64,000 bases of DNA from Lingula anatina (Eukaryota > Animalia > Brachiopoda). The DNA is taken from contig CM120643.1 of assembly GCA_051362555.1 (NCBI GenBank), forward strand, positions 10,664,001-10,728,000. Reading direction: 5' to 3'. The notes under the pieces were generated by a model that saw only the letters and a program-made list of their open reading frames with translations, was not told where the DNA came from and did not search any database. Every line of letters begins with the position of its first letter. The stretch's first letter is position 1. Both the position numbers and the translations under genes were made by a program. Shown here piece by piece: positions 12,224 through 25,458 of this stretch.

Positions 12224-13991
12224 AGCCCAAAACTGAAAGAAAGAGTGGTGTTTTTACCTTAACTCTGAACTCAATCTCTCCCTTTTCCACTACAACACTC
12301 ACAGTTCTATCAACCACCATATGACATCAGTCAGACTATTACCAGTCTAGGTAATTCATCAGGAACATGGTTGTAGTCTTGTGATCCTCCTCGAGGACCT
12401 ATCTACCATTACATCACTTTGAAAATATGTTTCCAGAGGCCCCCTTGGCATCAATAAGAAACTAATGTGATATTGGGGCCACCTAAATTCCATAAAATAG
12501 GCAACAGGGCCAGGTAACATGTACAGAGGAACACCTGGGCAGTCAGGTGAAACACCAGTGCTCTGATAAGAAGATGGCTTGTCCTCTGGCACTGACAGAA
12601 AATCTTGGCTGACTACAACATCTTTTATAATATAATTATATATTTGTCTAAGAAGTACTTTCTAGTTTTAGCTCCACTATCAATATGGGTTTCTACCAGT
12701 ATCTCACCAGAATAAACCACTCACATTTTTCCAAAATTCTATAAACTACATTTTGGGCTCTGAATGTGTACATTTTAGAAGCATTTTGAAAGGTCCTATC
12801 ATCAGGTAGAGCATCCTGCTGCAACTGACATATACTATCCATGTTTCTAAAATCTTCCCCAGGACAGGGCCCAAAAATTGGATGACAATTATTGTGTCAC
12901 AGCCACCCTAAAATATCCATGTTCCCGGGCATAATTTTCCCCATAATGGTTGCCCTGTCACATGCATTTTCCTAACCCCTCATCTCACCTGAACACTGAA
13001 TATATTCTCCTGGCCAGGAAGGGGGACTGATGACCAAAGAGATAAGCTGCTGTCCAGTTTCACTGACCAGTGACCACTGGTGATTTACAGGCTTGCAAGC
13101 ACCTTCTATCCTGCCTACATCTGCCCAGGTCCCCTTCAGCAATGTGCAGAACAATTTCTCTTGTCTCACCTGAGCGCTGACCATTCATTCTTCCTGCCAG
13201 GCCTGATGGACAATGAGATAGGCTGATGTCCAGCCCCACTGACCACAGTGACCACCACTGCCACTGTTCAGACCCTCCTTTGCTTCAGGTGTAGCTGCTA
13301 GCATAAGGAATTGTGGGTTTCATCATATTTTGTCTTGTGAGTTTCCTGGTGAGAACTAAGTTTGCCCGTGGTTTATCTTTCTCTCTCTCCCCTCCCCATA
13401 TTTCATGTTTTGAAACTGCATAAAAAATGTGGATCTTTAAACAAATTTAAGTTTAGGTTATAAAATCAAAAAAAAAAAAAAAAAAAAAAAAAGAATCTTA
13501 GTGGTTTTCTTCTTGCAGGATTTTCACACCTACTATTGATTTTATGAGCAAAATAATCAAGACAGTAGATCATCAGAGCATGATTAATTCAGTCAGTCAG
13601 CTTGCTCCAGCCCCCACCCCCCCCCCCCCGACCTCTACCTCCAACCTCACAAAAATCTTCCACGATCAAAAATAGAACAGGGGCATTATTTAAACTATCT
13701 AGCTTTTTATAGCTCTTGTCATCTGATAAAAATGTCACTGGAATTCACAGACCTTCTGAGTGACTAAATAACAATATAGTGAGTTGCTATCACAAAAGTT
13801 GTATAAGCTATGTTTTCTACATGCTTAAGATATCATCTTTTGTTTTGATGTATAATTTGTTATGGTATGTGAGAGAAGGGGGCAAGTTTTATAAAGCTGA
13901 TCATTAGTTTAAAATAATAGATCTCTTGAAAGAGTTCATTCCTTGAATCTTCTTTCCAAAGTTAAAAGGCAAATTGAACTAATAACCCAGC

Positions 13992-14030
<39 letters not shown>
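13992..14030. repeat. (AAT)13 microsatellite
   Basis: Read directly. Confidence 0.95.
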
Positions 14031-14031
<1 letters not shown>

Positions 14032-14582
14032 TTAGCACCCGAGATAGGACAACATGGAATGAAAAACTCCACAGCAAGATGATGGGAAGAAAGCTCTATT
14101 TATAATCTCCTCATTACATCTGGTGACATCAGTCAGAATACCTCCGTTCCAAACGAGTCTCTGTGTGAACACGTCCAGTGAGACTGAGACTCACCACTGG
14201 AAATTCTCCATATAAGCCCCCCGGCTGCGTTTTTCCGTGAGACGATCCATTTGTCACACATGACAGCCCTCTATTGCTAAGCACTAGCTAACAGAGGGAC
14301 AGCTATGTGACCAGAGAATGTACCTGCTTGTTCCAGGTGCAAATGTGTTCCTCTTCAGTTGGATTTAAACTGTGGGACAATTAATACTCGGGAAAGGGGG
14401 AGAGTTGGGGGTGGGGGGGGGGGAGAGGAGCAAAGGAGACTAGAGACTCATAGTTTATAGGCTAATGCAGGTTAACTGAATCTAGATGCTAAATGTGAAA
14501 GATTAACTTTTGCTGAAACATAGTAATGGCTTTTGAATTTTTTTTAAAGAAAAAATAAGCCACCTGTTTAAAAAATAAATAA

Positions 14583-14616
<34 letters not shown>

Positions 14617-14992
14617 TTCCAGTCTTACTTTAATTCTTTTAATATCTCTTTCAAGAAACTGACAGCTAACATCTAAGATGGGACACAAATCACGACTGAA
14701 GCCTCGCCAGAGAAAATGATAAAATCCCCTGCAAATGCATTTCATAATGTCAACCTTAATATAACTTTCCCATTTCCCAGGTGACAACACTTACTGTGAA
14801 CCTCAATATACCTGTACATCACTGGTTTCAGAGAAGGTCCATGAAAGCAGCCATGTTTGATGCACTATGGCATGCTTTATTAGGTGTCATTCAGAACACT
14901 GTGCCATTTGTCACAATTAAGATGTCACCTCTCATTTTGTACATTGGAGACGGCAAGTCGAAAAAAAAAAACCAAAGCTCCCAGACAGAATA

Positions 14993-15167
14993 AATGTTTA
15001 TGTATCGTTTCATACCGATGTACTTGCTATTCTGAACCCAGACAAATGTATTCCCACAGAAGCATGTTTCTGGTGAATACATTTTCTGACTCATGTTTAT
15101 ACATCATTTCATATCAATTTATTATATATTCTGAATCCAGACAAATGTATTCAACAGAGCCATTTTC
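14993..15167. repeat. Degenerate ~100-bp tandem duplication
   Basis: atgttta...tttcata...tattctgaa(c/t)ccagacaaatgtattc...acaga present twice. Confidence 0.7.
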
Positions 15168-16650
15168 GTGATCTTACCTGTACGTTTATGGCAGGGTGTT
15201 TCAAGAGGTTTAGCAGAGCTCAAATATTCAATTAAGATGAACCAGGAACTCATTATCAAAGTTTGCATTTACCACACAAATAGCTTGTGCAACAATACAG
15301 AAAGTGGTTCTTAAATAGAACTCTGACGTCCTTAACAATGTCTTGATTTTCAAATTTGAAAGAGGAACTATAGTATACATATAAAACAGATATCATTATA
15401 AGTTAAAGAAATTTGAAAGAGAAATAACAAGTACAACAGGGAGTTATCAAATACCTTCACTAATGGTCTGTTCATTTTAAATCTGCTTCACTTTTCGTGA
15501 TACATTAAATAACTAATTCATTTGAAATATTTTCTTTTCATGCTAATCAATGAGATTTTGAAAGAGACACTTTTTTGCAATACAAAAATACATCTCATAA
15601 TTTTTCTTTGTCCAAGGCTCAAGTACACCTTGTATCTTAACTACACATTAACCACAGTAATGGGGAAAATTATCAATTTTCAGATACTTTAAAAACCATT
15701 AAAATATGTTTCTGCATGTGTAGCCTTTTTTTGTGCAATATAGAACTATAAGGTAGCCTGCTTTTCATTTTAGTTGCTACCACTCAACAGGAATTTTCTA
15801 ATTTTAAGAATTTATGGGTTGAAAAAATACAGTATCTGTAAAATTCACATTTCCATTGAAACGAATTAGTAATCGTCATATTATACTGTCTCTTGTATTC
15901 AGTGGGAATCATTTTCAATTTCATTTTTCGTGAATGTGTAAAAAAATGCAGCACAGTAGAAAATAATGCATCTTTGATAATACCAGATGTGTATCATAAA
16001 TGTACGCACAGAAGCAACAACAAACCATTTATCTAAGCCCAGAAAAACAAACAAGTGCTCCATTGCCAAGAACACATACAATATGTTTACCTTTATCAAT
16101 TATTAAGTGCTTTGCCAGCTTCCTCAAGTGCATAAAATATCAGAACTGTTATCACAGAGAGACTAGAACTTGGTCAGAGTCTACCAGCTGTAGGAGTCAC
16201 AATGGAGAGTATTATCAGTGGATGATGAATACGCAGAATATTAAGAAACCTTGGTCAGAGTCTGATGCTGAAACAATGCCTCTTATCTCTATCAATGAAC
16301 AGCAATGCAATGCAAATTTGAATGTGGCTTTTTACGTCAAACTGACAGTTTCATGTTGCAGAACTGTGTCTAAATTCAGGCAGATATCTGCAAGAGGTAA
16401 TGCAATCAATTTCAATTATCATTATTATTATTATTTTACATGTCATTCAAATTTGTGATTGCCCAAATGCCAACCATTATTTATAACCAGCCACTTGTTT
16501 GAATACATCATTTGTCACCTTAGCAAGACAACAGCCACTGACAGTATTGATAACAATTCTAGTTCAATCCCTTCATATCTAATCCACAGACACGAGGTAA
16601 AATACCAATTACATCAACCACAAGTTGTGTTATCTGTTAAGTCACCTTAC

Positions 16651-16766
16651 CTAAGAGATCCTTAAGGTACTTGGCTATCTTTTGTCTGTTAATATTCTGG
16701 TCTATCTCTGGTATTGTTCTCACTTATCTCTCTCTGTCCTTGGGGTTTCTTCACTCTGGTATATTT
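16651..16766 (-). other. Internal non-coding leader exon (116 nt) of the zinc-finger gene
   Basis: Acceptor cctttttgtctttacag|, donor TAG|GTAAGG; purine-rich body; stops in all three frames. Confidence 0.7.
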
Positions 16767-19335
16767 CTGTAAAGACAAAAAGGGATGTGTCACTTAAGTA
16801 TTATTCAACTGTCAATCAATTGTTTTTCCAAAAATTACTATAACGTTTAAATTAAAATTCCTGTATTTTTGTGAATTTTTTATTTCTGCTTCAAGGGAAC
16901 AGATCTGAAATAGAAAATAAACTCATGTATTGTTGATTTTTTTTTCTTCTGCGCATCTTGACTTCTAGTACCTGGCAAAACACAGGTTGTTGTTGAAATT
17001 GGACTGTCCAAAAATGATTGAAAATAATAATAATAAAAAAAAATCAAACAATCTTACACTATTTCTACAATGCATTCATAAACAAAGTACCTAAACTGTT
17101 GACAGCCAAAAATAGAATATCCTGTATTTGCTTCTAAAAATAACCATCCAAACACACACACACTGGTAAGTGGCCAGTAAATAATACAGTAACTACTGTA
17201 ATAAATGATGACTAAGTCAAAAACAAAGAGTAAACCAGATCAAATCTCTTTCTTCTTTTTGTCATTCTAAAACACTGCTTCAACAATAAGAATAAATAAA
17301 AATTCATAATTTTAGTACCTGGAATATGAACTCCATTCACGGATAAAAGAACCTGTCTTGCTATGAAATACACCTTCTCCAAGCAGCCACATGTAAACAA
17401 ATTCAATCCTTAAGCATGAAAAATCCAAAACAACAGGTACACGAAGTGCAAACCAGCTATGACGAAATGACACCTCTTTACCACTACCGGACCTTTAAAA
17501 ACCTCTGGCGAATAAAAAGCAGAGGAGTGTCAGATCTCCAAATTGAGATCTTTATCTCTGTGGCAGCTTTTGTTGGAAAAAATGCCAATTTTCCGTGTGC
17601 CAAGCCTGACCATCATAGTTAATAAGTTGTTGACAGTATATTATCAAACATTTTGACATGTTGAGGTATTTTTTTTCTGGAGAGAGAGAGGGGAGGCAAA
17701 ATTACATAATAGAAATAATTCTGAAGCAGAGAATAAAGAGACACACATGTTGGAACTAGGAATCAAATCACAGATTTCGCAGAATTACCATGATGCTTTT
17801 GTTTCAATTCCAAGAATTTGGTGAATAACAAAAAGGGGGGAATGGTCGTGAATATATAAATTTTTTGTATAAATTTATATATAAGTATAAACTGCCTATT
17901 TTGCCTCCACTGAATAGTTTTCCTGTTGTCTGATTCTGAGAATTCTATGAATGATATCGAGAAGGGTTTGAAAACACATCAATGAGAAAATGACATAACC
18001 AAAAAAGCAATATGCACAAAACACTAGAAATTCTGCCGGCAACATGCACTGAACAATATTCCTGCATTTTTCAGTTAAATTCTATGCTTCAGAGACCAGC
18101 AGCAGTCAAACTGTAAGCTCTAACAGGCACAAATAATATATCTTTGCCTTCTTTGGAACAAACCTACACAACATTTTCTCTCTTTATCCACACAGACATG
18201 TAAAAGAAAAGATTAATGGATAGATGGATGGATGGATGAGTTGACATATAAACAGGTACAGAGACAAGTGAATAAACTGGACAGCAGTCTGAGAGTTGAG
18301 GCATCCACAAGGAAAAAAAAAAGGCAATAAATAAATAAATAAAATTAATCTAAAAAATGTCATGAAACCACCATTCAGTTGAATTCCCATCTTTTCCTCC
18401 TGAAAATTCCATCAAAATTTGCGGAGAACCTTTTGAGAGATCCTAACCTATATTAACCAACATCTTTAAAAATGTAACCTCTAGTTGCTGACAATAATGA
18501 ATGGATGAGCAGATAAAGAAATAGATAAATAAAGGCAAAAAAAAAATAAAAATAAGCACAGAGACAAACTGACAAACAGATGAACGGAACAGGTAAAATA
18601 ATTAATCAATTAACACGAAAAGCACGACTGACTGACAAATGACTAACAAAATATATGAATTAAAATAAAAATAAAACTAATACAACGATCAGAAATGTAA
18701 ACAAGAGTCCCAATCAACAAAGGAATGCCACACCCTGTCATGCGTCACCTCGGATTACCACTACAACGCCACTGTCACCCATAATTTACGTCAGGTAACC
18801 ACGAATAATCAGGAACTCAGGTAGCTATCTATACAAGCCATAACTTCCTTTGCCTGACAGTTCACAGCAAGTTCTGAGATAATTACCTCCTCTGTAAAAG
18901 ATATGTATCTGACTAATGGTTTCATTTTTTTTTTTCTTCTAAAATTATTTGTTGACAAATGATAGTGGGGAAAATAGTTTCTTAAAGAAGCAGGTCCAAG
19001 ATTTGGGTAACTATTCCTGATGTAGTTTTAGTTTAATCCTGAAAGAACAATAGTTTGCCTTTCAGAAAGTAAGAAAGAATGTTTAACTTAACCCCACCTT
19101 TCACTCTAACCTATCCCACTGAGCAAATAATTTCTGTCTTTTTTCCCCATCAAATACTTAAAGCATAAAATACATTTTCTACCAGTGGTGGCAGTAGTAT
19201 CATGGTCCGTAGGCTAATAAGCAGGAAGGAGTCAGCTTTCTCACCAGTAATTGCTCAGGTCCTCCTCTCTCACCTGTGATCTCTCCCACAAATGGATAAA
19301 CATGCCATGACCCCGGCCCAAAGAGAGGTTTGTCA

Positions 19336-19670
19336 CAGAAGCAAACAATCTGATCAGAATAACACCCTTTCTTGTTTGCCAGAGACTTTCCAAAGGAATA
19401 ATGAAAGAGATGTCTTTTCATGTAACAGAGAAATGAAAGAGAAATAATAAGCAACAAATTCCACCCAAACTGGTATACATTGCAGAAGTGCAAACAATAT
19501 GGCCAGAATAAGTGTCCTTTAACGTCTGCCAGAGAATTACAAAAGAATACTACAAGAGATGCCCTCTCATATAACAGAGAACTGAAAGAGAAATGAAAAG
19601 AAATAACTTTTGCTTCAAAGTGAATGTATTACAGAAGCAGACAATGTGGGCAGAAGAGCAGGTTTCCTTT
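19336..19670. repeat. Degenerate ~150-bp tandem repeat (~2.3 copies)
   Basis: cagaagca(a/g)acaat...cagaa occurs three times; tgccagaga...aagagatg...tcat(g/a)taacagagaa(a/c)tgaaagagaaat occurs twice. Confidence 0.75.
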
Positions 19671-22600
19671 TCTGTTCCATTAAAAATTTGAAGAAAACTA
19701 AATATGTAGTGTCTTAGGAGATGTACATCTGACAAGAGGTTGAAGAAATAATGCCAGTCTAAGGTAAATTGTTACTAAAGCCAGCTGTTCATGACAATCG
19801 GTACTTCCCAAATAATTCAGATACCATTTGGTATCTAATTTGGAGAAAAATGACTGATGGCAACATTAAGAGTAGTAAAAAGAGCCTGCCCAAATTAACA
19901 GATAATCTCATTTCTCTATCCATGTTTTTTCACTATTACTTTTATCATGCCTGATAAAAGTTTTACCCACTTTTTTCACACTACATGCTTTTCTAGTTGA
20001 CTTCATGTGATAACATAATACAGAATATGGCTTCTACCCCCTTAAATAATCCAATACCACACACACACATACACACAACACCAGGCAGCCAGTTTGCTAA
20101 CAAAGGGAACAACTCTGTCACAATAAGGGGCACAGTGTCACACAGTGTCACAAACAATGTTCCCCTGTCCCTCTGTCACACAGATGAAAACATTAACCTT
20201 GTGTCACCATCCAAGCTGGTTGACAACAACCACAAAGCAACTGGAATCTGAAGCTGTATTTATAGTGTATGGGCCAATGTAGACCCCCTCCCCCCTATCT
20301 TTGATACTTAGACTACTACAACATATGGATTGGTCTTAAATGACTTCTGTTTGACAATAAAGCTTGTGTACATGTTCTTGTCAGTTGTCTTGAGAAATGA
20401 ATTAACACCTGTTGTTTACACCTGTAAGAGTTGCCATGGTAACTGCAACCAAAACAATTGAGGTAAAAACCACCAAAACGGCTAATTTCTCACACAGCAT
20501 TGGAATCCCAAAGTGAAGCATTTGCCTTTTCAGACCAAACCCTCTTCAGACCAAACTCTTTGTTAATTGGATCATTATCCTAGAATTTAACATGACTAGC
20601 CCCTGATTAACAAGAAAATTTAGTCTCTTTCTAAACCACTTATTAAACATAAGTTAAAATAAATATATGGAAAACAGAAATGACTTTCCAACGACAAATA
20701 ATAACCCAATATGACAATTCAACAAATGATCACGTACAGTTGATCCTGAGGCAAGTGACTGATTGAACAAACTAAATTTAGAACTAACAGATGTCATCTC
20801 TCTTGGTGTTATTGTCATTCTCTTGAAACATGCCACTGTATTGTGATGACTAATAATAATAAGACATATCAACACAACAACAGCAATTTGTGCATTAAAA
20901 AGATCTCAAAAAGTGACAGTTAATCACAAAGGTGAATAATAGTTTTTTTCTAATTCTTTTAAATATAATTAACACAGAAGCTACAGATGTAAAAAAAAAA
21001 AAAAAGAAAAAAAAAAAAAAAACTAAGCAGAAAGGTGCACCTCCCCATGTTTCATAATAAACCAGAAAAAAAAATAAATAAAAATTTAAAAATTCTTTCT
21101 TAAATTATTATCAAGTATCATAGTCTCATACCTTGTTCTTGAACTTAAAAACAGACAAACAGAGTACTAGTAAAGTGAATCCTTAAGAGAACATGATCTG
21201 TGAGTCAGTCATCTGTTTACACAACTACCTGTTCCTACTGTTTCCATACCTATGTAAGCACGTTAAGTCTAAAAACCTCTAAAACCAAATGGATAATTCA
21301 AATTCACCAACAAATGACTTTCGCAGAAAAACCTATTATGTATTATTTCACCTGGCATTTAGTTCACAACTACATTTGATTTATATCAGAACATCTCTCC
21401 CTCTTTTTGCCCTCAATTCATAACCCTAAATAATCTCATTCAACATTCAAGAACAAACAACACTCATCAATACCAATGATAACGAAATAAATTCTTTTAC
21501 AAAAAGAATAACTAACTTCCATCGATGTAAATGACATATGAATATTCCATCTGTGCCATGGAGACTTGTTTTCAGTGCATCTCATCCCTTTCTGTTGTCA
21601 GAAACAACTCCAACAACCTCCCAACTCTCCACCCTCTAAAACCATACAAACTCCAGAATTACAAATGATATCAACCCCAACCAAGAAGTCCTAAAGGAGG
21701 AAGAATAAACACAAATCAGCCGAGATTAAGAGAAAAAAAAACTTCCTACCTTTTTCGCAAAGTAAAAATGACTGAGGAGAATACGAGTGCTTCACCCTCT
21801 CTGACTGCTTTATCTGTGTGCCTCTGCTCTCTTCCTCAAAACCCCAGTGACATCACAGGGTGATAAATAACCCGTCTGTCACTCCGGTTCCCAATAAGGA
21901 AACCAGGCTATTGCTTTAATGTGACACAGTAAGGTACAATTACTATACACAGGTGCTCTCTCAGGTGTGGCATCTTCAGATCCTGCTCATTGTTCTGAAA
22001 ATTGTAACTGCGTGGTGAGGTTGTCTGTTTTCCTTTCTCGACAGTGCAGAGAGAGAGAGAGAGAGAGAACAAGACATAACATCATGTCCCGTAATTTTAT
22101 TTTCAAACTTTTCCATTTACTTGTGAGGTATTATTTCTGGACAGTCACAAGCAGTTACCTGGTACAAGTTCAATTAGACCACATGAAAACTATTCACTTA
22201 CAAGTTGCCAGTGTGAACAGCTCCAGTTGTAATATAAAACTTTAATTGTAACTTTGTTACTTTTATTCAGTTTTCAGAAACTGTCCTTGTTATTCATTTA
22301 GGAAACTGATGACTGTATTCCACTTTTTTAAGGAACAAATTCTTTTACGATAGTAAACCTTCATGTCACTTCTGTTCAGAGGCAGAAAAATCAAGCCGCC
22401 AGTTTCGTGGAAAACCCAAATGACACAAAAATACATACATGCTTATCAACAGGTGCGTAGGTTTCAATTTAGACAAGTTCCTCCTGCTGTATTGAAACTC
22501 ATAAATACAACAGTAAATAACTGCTATTTTTATCAACTTGGGACACAGGCAAGGGACCACACCTACAAATTTTTGGATACTTCCTGGCAAAACTTATTTT

Positions 22601-25418
22601 CTTTTTTTAATTTGTTTGTATAATTTTACAACAAAAGGTTTTATACTGTTTTCCCTTAAAGGGAGTTTTTTTCCAGAGTGCCATATCATTTCCTCATTCC
22701 TGAAGTTTCTCCTTCCCTGTTAGGTAGTCAGGATCAGGCACAAGGACATATCTTATCTTGTGTTTCTTTTTAATAAATGAAACATTCTGGCACTTTAAGT
22801 TATAAGTAACAGGTCAGATAATTCGGCCAGTGAAAAAAAATGTGCAAAGTATTGCTTCTTTCTCTCTCTCTCACATAGCTTAGCCCTTTTCCCCTTATAC
22901 TTCAATTTGCACATTATCACATTTCTCAAAAGTCTAAAGCTGAACCTGCAAATGACAGAACTCCTCAGCACTTCAACCAACGCTGTCATGACAAGACTCT
23001 CATCTCATATTTGCCCCTCCCCTAGAAACCCCTTTCACCTAATCTACTCATCACACGGCACAGTACACGCCTATAAACTGTCCTTACTGCCCTGAAAAGC
23101 CAAAAGAAAGTGGGAATATTATCATCTTAAGTTAATACTATGTAACCCTTAATAAAGACTCTGATCCGGAAATCTCCACCTACTCACTTGCACATGCTCA
23201 AGTCACCTGATGCTTGTCCTTTAACTCTGAATCTGACACCTTGTTTCTGCTAATTTAACCCTTGATGATGAGACTTTCAAAACAGAATTGTATAAATTTA
23301 CTCAGTTCCATCCTGCCCAAGAGATGCTTAACATTAAAATTTTTTCAAATATCCAAAAGATTTTTCTTCACAGATCAATAAGATTGGGTCTACATTAACT
23401 TTGATGAAGCATAACTAAATTCTCTGATAATCTAAAACTTTTCATTTTTTTTTTTTTAGAATCTCCTATGTGAAATAATATTTTCAGAAGTCACTTTAAA
23501 ACTACTTAAACCTGTTATCAACATGCTGGCAATAAAACATTTATTCCCCACAAGCTTCTATATTAATTCAATAAAAGTGTATATCAATTTAATAAATTGC
23601 CAGTAATCTCTTGAAACTCTTGTGTCACAAAATGTGATTTCGGTGGCTGTCAAAATACCAGTAACCAGAATTGCCAAAGACGAAATATGAAATAAAAAAT
23701 GCATATCAAATTTCTCGCACTTCAAATGAAAACCAGTGCCACTGTCACAACCATGTTCAACACGAATATGTGAGCAGTGTCATGACACCACTACCCTAGG
23801 TTCTAGATTCCGGTATTGCCAGCTCGATCTTGATTTCATATATAACCCATACTAAAAGCGACTCCACCACAAGGTATATTTAGCAAGCTAGCTTTTACGT
23901 TGCTCTGACACTCAGGGTAGACACCACCTGTAATGCACACTGAATAACAGGGACCACTCAATAACAATCAAGGCCCTGATATAACCAGACCAGAACTACA
24001 ACTTACTGAAGCAGAAGTTAGAAATTCAAATGTCAACCACGACAATGAAAAACAAGTCCCTGGAAAGTCCTCAGGAGGAAAATCCAATTTTCCAGGATCC
24101 AAGTCCAAGCTCACCAAAGAATTTTTGATCTGCCCTTGAAAGTTGACCAGACAACAGGATATCATATACTGTTCAGCATAACTCCATGCCCAATCTTAAT
24201 AAAAAAAGCAACAATGTTTGTCCTTTAATAGAAATTTATACATAAAAGTTATTTTAGATATGGATCTATAACTTTTAGTTTCAAAATTCAAATTTCTCAG
24301 CAACCCGTTCCAGGAATAACACGTTCAAAATTATCAGTCAGTTTTCAAGGAACCAATCTCAATACTTCTGAAAAGAAATTCTAAACTGTCTGGTGAAACG
24401 AAGCATACCATACTGTTATTTTACTCTTAAAAGTATAGTTACTTTAATATTCTTTACTTGAATTTGTGCGATTACCTTGAATGCATAACTGAAATTATTA
24501 GATCATTCAAACTTCTAGGAACAATATCTTTAACACACCTTGTTTCCTGGTGAGAAATATCAAACTGTGGATGAAAACTGAACCAACATCAACAGGATGC
24601 TAAAGAGATTATTAAGTGTTTTCTGGAAAAAAGTGAGTCTATTTTCCAGGTAATTGCAGAAACAAGTTTTGACTAAAATTTTCCAAACTGGAATCTCAGA
24701 CTTCTACATAACACAAACTATAACTATAAAATTCTTTTTTTAACCTGTTATTCTTACTTTACACGTTGCAACTTACTATGACATTGTCAATTCGTAAATC
24801 ATGTTGTCTCTTTTCCATTAAACATTGGCCAAAACATTTGGTCTGCGTCTCCCGTTAACCATATCAATTCTATGACAGCATTACTTGTGGTCCTCAAAAT
24901 GTGAGCATACTCTCAGGAGCCCTCTCTCTCTCTCTCTCTAGATAATCTGATTACATTAAAGCATCAAGTCGGTAGCAATGGAAATCCTACTGCCGAGTGT
25001 CTCACCACAAATTCCCTGTGAACCACGTTCAGACCAGGAACAGGTAGCTAAACCCCTACTGCCTGTCATCTCCGCATCACATTATTTTTCGACATTATCA
25101 TATCCAAATTTGTCCAAATACAGGATCCCAGGAACTTGGTGAACTTATGTGGCCCCCTAAATGGATAAACAATCTGTTCAAGGATGCTTTACCTTGGTTT
25201 CTATTAATAGTAACAAGAAAGAGGATTATAGTACCTCATGAGTATAAACAGTGTCATGCAAATTCCTCAATAATCATTTGCCTTTTTTTTTTTTTGGAAA
25301 GGGGGGGGGGGGTACGATTATTTGATACTATGAATTCATGTCTGTACCTAATCTCATCTTTAAAGAAAGAAAAGCAATAATGCTATTTTCTGACAATGTT
25401 AAATTAAAAAGTGTAAAA

Positions 25419-25458
<40 letters not shown>

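Noticed and set aside
16000-16458. 152-aa plus-strand ORF
   Set aside because: No recognisable domain, AT-rich intronic composition and an internal short duplication (cttggtcagagtct twice); likely chance.
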